Assembly (NCBI GenBank): GCA_050183355.1
Contig: JBFXBH010000001.1
Span: forward strand, 38,840-102,839
Origin: Vicinamibacterales bacterium
GTDB lineage: Bacteria > Acidobacteriota > Vicinamibacteria > Vicinamibacterales > UBA2999
Reading direction: 5' to 3'
Length of the DNA: 64,000 bases
Below, piece by piece: positions 59,444 through 64,000 of the stretch. Positions within the stretch are counted from its first letter, which is position 1. The number at the start of each line of letters is the position of its first letter. Position numbers and translations under genes: made by a program. The notes below the pieces were generated by a model. That model searched no databases. It was not told the DNA's origin and saw nothing but the letters and a program-made list of their open reading frames with translations.

Positions 59444-60580
59444 ATGCTCCGTCGACTGCGGCAGGCCGCGGCCATCATCCGTCCGAGTGCCGTGGCGCAA
59501 TTGGCGTCGCGCCTGACACGCCTCACCACCGATCACCACACCCTGGCCACGCAGGCCCGTCAGCACATCCGAGCCACGGAGAGGGCCCTGCAGGGTCTCA
59601 CGCGGCACGCCGAGCGCGATCGCGGGAAGCTGCTCAGGCAGGCCGAGACCCAGGCCGCGCAGACGGCACGGCTCGCGGATCTGACCGCGCAGGTCGCCGC
59701 GCTGCAGGAGACCGTCCGGCGTCTGTCCACGCGAACGGACCACCTGACGGTGGCGACCGAGCGGCTGACGGCCGACGACGACGTGTCGTCGCTCATCGAC
59801 GGCGTGCTCGACGTCGGGGCCGTGCAAGCCCACGTCCGGTCGGTGCTCGACCGGACGCCGCTCGAGTCGGACCCGTATCCGCACATGGTGCTGGACAATC
59901 TGCTGCCGTCGGCGTTCTACAAGGCGCTCATCGACACGATGCCGCCGCGTGCCCTGTTCGACGAGGCCGTCAACAAGGAGCAGTTGCGCGTCCCCCCGCG
60001 TGGCGCGGGGCTCACGACGTTCCGCATCTGGCGGTTCCTCGTGGCCGAGATCCTCGAGAGCCAGCTGCAGGACGCCCTGCTCGCCCGCTTCCGCGAGCCG
60101 CTCACCGAGTACGCGCGCCGCTTCTGGCCCTCGGCGAACCTGGACGACCTGCGCCTGGGCGGGTCGGATGGCCGCATCATCCTGCGCCAGCGGGGCTACG
60201 TGATCCCGCCGCATCGGGACCCGAAGTGGGCCTGGCTGACCTTCATCCTCTATCTCGCGAAGCCGGGCGACCCGGACACGTGGGGCACGCAGTTGTATCG
60301 GGTCAACGACGACGTCGAGGCCCCGGGGGCCCAGCCCTTCTGGATGGGATCGCACGACCACGTGCTGGCGAAAGACGTCCGCTTCCTCCCCAACCGCGCG
60401 CTGGTCTTCCTGAATGCCGACGGGTCGCACGGCGCGTCGATTCCGGAGGACGCTCCGGCGGACTTCGAGCGCTACATCTACCAGTTCCGCATCGGTCCGG
60501 ATCGGAAGGCCGTCGAGCGCCTGAAGGCGGAGCTCCCGCCAGAGGCGCGGGCGAAGTGGGAGGGGAAGCAGGGCTACTGA
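59444..60580 (+). CDS. Coiled-coil protein with C-terminal 2OG-Fe(II)-oxygenase-like domain, 378 aa
   Basis: Full ORF. The N-terminal ~110 aa are heptad-like (LQGLTRHAERDRGKLLRQAETQAAQTARLADLTAQVAALQETVRRL). Then DPYPHMVLDNLLPSAFY, IPPHRDPKW (HxD), NADGSHGAS (distal His). The antisense 467-aa ORF was rejected on composition. Confidence 0.6.
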   Translation: MLRRLRQAAAIIRPSAVAQLASRLTRLTTDHHTLATQARQHIRATERALQGLTRHAERDRGKLLRQAETQAAQTARLADLTAQVAALQETVRRLSTRTDHLTVATERLTADDDVSSLIDGVLDVGAVQAHVRSVLDRTPLESDPYPHMVLDNLLPSAFYKALIDTMPPRALFDEAVNKEQLRVPPRGAGLTTFRIWRFLVAEILESQLQDALLARFREPLTEYARRFWPSANLDDLRLGGSDGRIILRQRGYVIPPHRDPKWAWLTFILYLAKPGDPDTWGTQLYRVNDDVEAPGAQPFWMGSHDHVLAKDVRFLPNRALVFLNADGSHGASIPEDAPADFERYIYQFRIGPDRKAVERLKAELPPEARAKWEGKQGY

Positions 60581-60698
60581 CGCCCCGGCGACCGGCGCGG
60601 TAGCGGGTCCTGTCGCCGAACAGCCCACTCGTGCTCGACGCGATACGCGTCTGCGCGCGTGTGGGCACCCAGTTCGACGCCACCCGCGAGGCGCGCCG

Positions 60699-61601
<903 letters not shown>

Positions 61602-61748
61602 TCGGCTGGCGTTGCATCCCCGTGGACTGCGTTGCTCCTTCCTCGAATATGGCCCGATCTTCTCGGTCGTCACGCCTTGCCCACGGGGCGCCTCGCCACC
61701 CTCGGTGCTCGCCGGGACTTCCACCACGGGCTGCTGGACAACGCGAGC

Positions 61749-62765
61749 TCAGATCTGCAGGACGAGCCAGTCCGCGACGATCTTCGGATTGGCGTTGCGG
61801 TCGAGCGCGAGGAGCGCGCGGTCGACGGCCGCGTACGCGCGGCTCGACCGGTCGGCGTCCCACGCACCGGACAACCGATCGAGGTCGGCCTCGAGATCCG
61901 CGTTGGCGAGCAGGCGCGCGTCGGCGCGCGACGCGAGGAGGCCGAGGTCCCGGAGCAGCGACGACAGGACGCGCAGGCACGCCGCCAGTTGATCGCGCTC
62001 GCTGGCCGGCGACCCCTTCGCGGCGCCGAGGAGCTTCGCGGCATCGAGGCGCCGCTGCGGGTCCGCGCGGCGGGCCGTCTCGCCGAGCAGCGCCTGCGCG
62101 ACCTCGCGGGCGGCGGTCACGTCGGCCGTCTGCGCCGAGAGCGCGCGGCCCACGCTGCCGCCGGCATCGGCCGCCGCGGCCACGGCGTCGGTCTGCGTGT
62201 AGCCATGGTCGCGCACCAGCACGGCGGCCACGTCCGCCGGGAGGAGCGGCGCAAACCGCAGGCGCGGGCAGCGTGACCGGACCGTTTCGAGCAGGCTGTC
62301 CGGCACCGACGAGACGAGGACGAACACGGAGGCCGACGGCGGCTCCTCGAGCGTCTTGAGCAACGCGTTCTGCGCCTGCGCCACCATCGCGTCGGCCTCG
62401 TCGACGATCACCACGCGCCGGCGTCCTTCGAACGGCCGGTACTGCGCGCGGTCGATCACGTCGCGGACCTGCTCGATCTTGATCGCGCCCGTCTCGCCCG
62501 GCTCGATGATGATGACGTCCGGATGCATGCCGCGCGCGATCTTCCGGCACGCGCCGCAGACGCCGCACGCATCGCGGCCGGCGCCATCAGCGGTCGCCAC
62601 CGGATCGAGGCAGTTCAGCGCTTCGGCCAGTGCCTGCGCGACGCGCCGCTTGCCGACGCCCCGGGGGCCGGCCAGCAGCAGCGCCGGCGGCACGCGATCC
62701 TGCGCCACGGCGCGGGCGAGCAGCGAGACGAGCCGGCGGTGGCCGGTGACGGCCTCAAACGACAT
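61749..62765 (-). CDS. holB: DNA polymerase III subunit delta prime
   Basis: Full ORF, 338 aa. LLLAGPRGVGKRRVA, the Zn module CGVCGACRKI, VVIVDEADAM, NALLKTLEEPP, SRCPRLRF. Confidence 0.85.
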   Translation of the reverse strand: MSFEAVTGHRRLVSLLARAVAQDRVPPALLLAGPRGVGKRRVAQALAEALNCLDPVATADGAGRDACGVCGACRKIARGMHPDVIIIEPGETGAIKIEQVRDVIDRAQYRPFEGRRRVVIVDEADAMVAQAQNALLKTLEEPPSASVFVLVSSVPDSLLETVRSRCPRLRFAPLLPADVAAVLVRDHGYTQTDAVAAAADAGGSVGRALSAQTADVTAAREVAQALLGETARRADPQRRLDAAKLLGAAKGSPASERDQLAACLRVLSSLLRDLGLLASRADARLLANADLEADLDRLSGAWDADRSSRAYAAVDRALLALDRNANPKIVADWLVLQI

Positions 62766-62808
62766 CAGGGCTCGATCTTAGTGCCCGGACCGTCGCGTGA
62801 CGATCCCA

Positions 62809-63040
62809 CTCGGTGGGGCTGCCGTCTGGCGCGGCGGCGGGTCCGGTTCCGCATGCCGGACAAACGCACCTCCGGCGGACCTGTCGCATCCGGGCGGGAG
62901 CCCTGTCGACGCCCGTCGCTTGATCGCCCGACGGGTCCCACCGTCGACATCCCACCCGGCGCCTGCGGTGCGTTTGTCGTGCATCCATGACGGCATGCTC
63001 CACAGGCCCCGCCGCCGCGCCAGACGGCAGCCCCACCGAG
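62809..63040. repeat. 232-nt imperfect hairpin / inverted-repeat element with 33-bp perfect terminal arms
   Basis: 62809-62841 (CTCGGTGGGGCTGCCGTCTGGCGCGGCGGCGGG) is the exact reverse complement of 63008-63040. Further inner pairings: 62851-62858 with 62991-62998 (8 bp), 62859-62870 with 62967-62978 (12 bp), and an apical stem GTCGACG/CCCGTCG with CGACGGG/CGTCGAC. It lies in the holB-marR divergent intergenic region. Confidence 0.8.
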
Positions 63041-63094
63041 CGGATCGGTGTGCCGGGGGTCGCTGCCCGGTCACAGGCAGGTGCGGACGCGGGG

Positions 63095-63126
63095 GGCTTG
63101 CAAGCCGACCGGCGCGGGAATATAGT
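63095..63126 (+). promoter_or_regulatory. Candidate marR-family promoter with overlapping palindromic operator
   Basis: The 12-bp perfect palindrome GGCTTGCAAGCC (63095-63106) contains TTGCAA (-35-like, 63098-63103). A 17-nt spacer and TATAGT (63121-63126) follow, with the ATG at 63140. Motif match only. Confidence 0.35.
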
Positions 63127-63139
63127 TCACGTATCAACC

Positions 63140-63565
63140 ATGCCGGACTCGTTCAGCACCGCGTTCTCGACGCTGCTCCACGCCTCCGGCGCGGCCCAGG
63201 CGCACCTCGAGTCCAGGCTGGCGGCCTGCGGGCTGTCCGGCGCGAAGATGCTCGCGCTTCAGCGGCTGGTCGAGGCCGGCGATTCGCTGCCGCTCGGACA
63301 GCTCGCGGAGCGGCTGTCCTGCGTGAAGTCGAACGTGACGCAGCTCGTGGACCGGCTGGAGGCCGACGGGTACGTCAGCCGGGAGGCCGACCCGAACGAC
63401 CGGCGGTCCAAGCTCGCGGTCATCACGCCCGAGGGCCGGAAGGTCTACGCGGAAGGCGCGAAGATCCAGGAGAGCGTCGAACGGGATCTCTTCGCGAAGT
63501 TTTCGAAGGAGGAAGCGTTGCAGCTGGCGTCGTTCATGGCGAGGCTGGAAGCCTCGGCGCGGTAG
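63140..63565 (+). CDS. MarR-family transcriptional regulator, ~141 aa
   Basis: ORF 62987-63565 trimmed to ATG 63140 (MPDSFSTAF). Winged-helix pattern LGQLAERLSCVKSNVTQLVDRLEADGYVSREADPNDRRSKLAVITPEG. Confidence 0.9.
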   Translation: MPDSFSTAFSTLLHASGAAQAHLESRLAACGLSGAKMLALQRLVEAGDSLPLGQLAERLSCVKSNVTQLVDRLEADGYVSREADPNDRRSKLAVITPEGRKVYAEGAKIQESVERDLFAKFSKEEALQLASFMARLEASAR

Positions 63566-63633
63566 GAACTTTTTTTCGGCTGATTCGTTCATGTATGTGC
63601 CATGCAGGCATGCGTCATTAACGTGGTGAACCA

Positions 63634-63981
63634 ATGGAGAAGCGGGTCATGAACAGGGTGGGGTGGGTGTTGCAGGTCGCGGCGGCGGGCATGTTCGTGT
63701 TGGCCGGTGCGCCCAAGATCATCGGGAACGCGCAGTCCGCGCAGATGTTCGAGTCCATCGGCGCGCCGTGGTGGTTCGTCTACATGACCGGCGCGATCGA
63801 AGTCGTCAGTGCCATCGGGCTGCTGATTCCGGCGACGGCACGCTTCGCGGCGCTCGCGCTGGCCGCCACGATGATCGGCGCGACGTATACGCACGTGGCC
63901 CTGCTGCACAACAGCCCGGCGATCCCGCTGGTGCTGCTGGTCGTGCTCAGTGCAATCATCTGGATTCGGAGGAACGGCTGA
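63634..63981 (+). CDS. DoxX-family small membrane protein, 115 aa (alternative start ATG 63649 has a better GGAG spacing)
   Basis: Full ORF. Four hydrophobic segments; FVLAGAPKI..AQMFESIG..VVSAIGLLIP..MIGATYTH is typical of DoxX. Confidence 0.8.
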   Translation: MEKRVMNRVGWVLQVAAAGMFVLAGAPKIIGNAQSAQMFESIGAPWWFVYMTGAIEVVSAIGLLIPATARFAALALAATMIGATYTHVALLHNSPAIPLVLLVVLSAIIWIRRNG

Positions 63982-64000
63982 TGGCGCTCCCGCAGGACAG

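Noticed and set aside
59225-60628. 467-aa minus-strand ORF opposite the coiled-coil/oxygenase-like gene
   Set aside because: Its composition (R, V, G, L, E runs) and lack of motifs argue against it. The plus-strand product has balanced composition, aromatic residues and an HxD..H pattern.
63541-63576. Possible intrinsic terminator after the marR-family gene (GAGGCT-GGA-AGCCTC hairpin and the only T7 run in the window)
   Set aside because: The hairpin lies inside the coding end and is separated from the T-run by ~14 nt, so it is not a canonical stem-U-tract terminator. The T-run may simply belong to the doxX promoter region.
62778-63621. ORFs on both strands across the holB-marR intergenic region (62797-63621 plus, 62778-63137 minus, 62523-62990 plus)
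   Set aside because: They encode mirrored peptides because of the inverted repeat, and they overlap the well-supported marR-family frame. They are artefacts of the palindrome.

Overview
High-GC bacterial chromosomal window. No homology search or computation was possible. All calls rest on reading the supplied translations and the DNA, and start codons were re-derived by counting residues in the ORF track. Many long ORFs in the track are R/G/A/P-rich antisense or N-terminal artefacts of the GC content and were discarded. Positions 1 to about 59.4 kb form one very large cell-surface glycan locus of about 50 genes. All but three of these genes are on the minus strand, in long operons whose junctions are mostly 1- or 4-nt start/stop overlaps. 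The locus has four parts. (i) A Wzm/Wzt-type ABC exporter, so the pathway is ABC-transporter dependent. (ii) Extensive nucleotide-sugar biosynthesis and tailoring: three DegT-type aminotransferases, six SDR epimerase/dehydratases, a split transketolase, transaldolase + GmhA + a nucleotidyltransferase-kinase fusion (heptose route), GDP-fucose synthase, a carbamoyltransferase, methyl- and acetyltransferases, a NUDIX hydrolase, a Gfo/Idh/MocA oxidoreductase and a UDP-glucose-dehydrogenase-like protein. (iii) Two GT2 enzymes with polytopic membrane partners. (iv) Three multi-copy families that I cannot assign to a named family. Family Y is about 500 aa and GT-B-like, with 7 canonical and 2 degenerate copies. 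Family X is about 330 aa with 5 copies, one fused to Y and two carrying coiled-coil N-termini. Family Z is about 420-440 aa with 2 copies. The X/Y/Z expansion, its fusions and the coiled-coil members next to the exporter are the best candidate for an undescribed polymerisation and chain-length-control system. The right end (60.7-64 kb) is housekeeping or regulatory (pdxA, holB, marR-type, doxX-type) and contains a 232-nt imperfect hairpin with 33-bp perfect arms. smpB sits inside the locus at 54.4-54.9 kb. I saw no rRNA, tRNA, CRISPR array, transposase or integrase.
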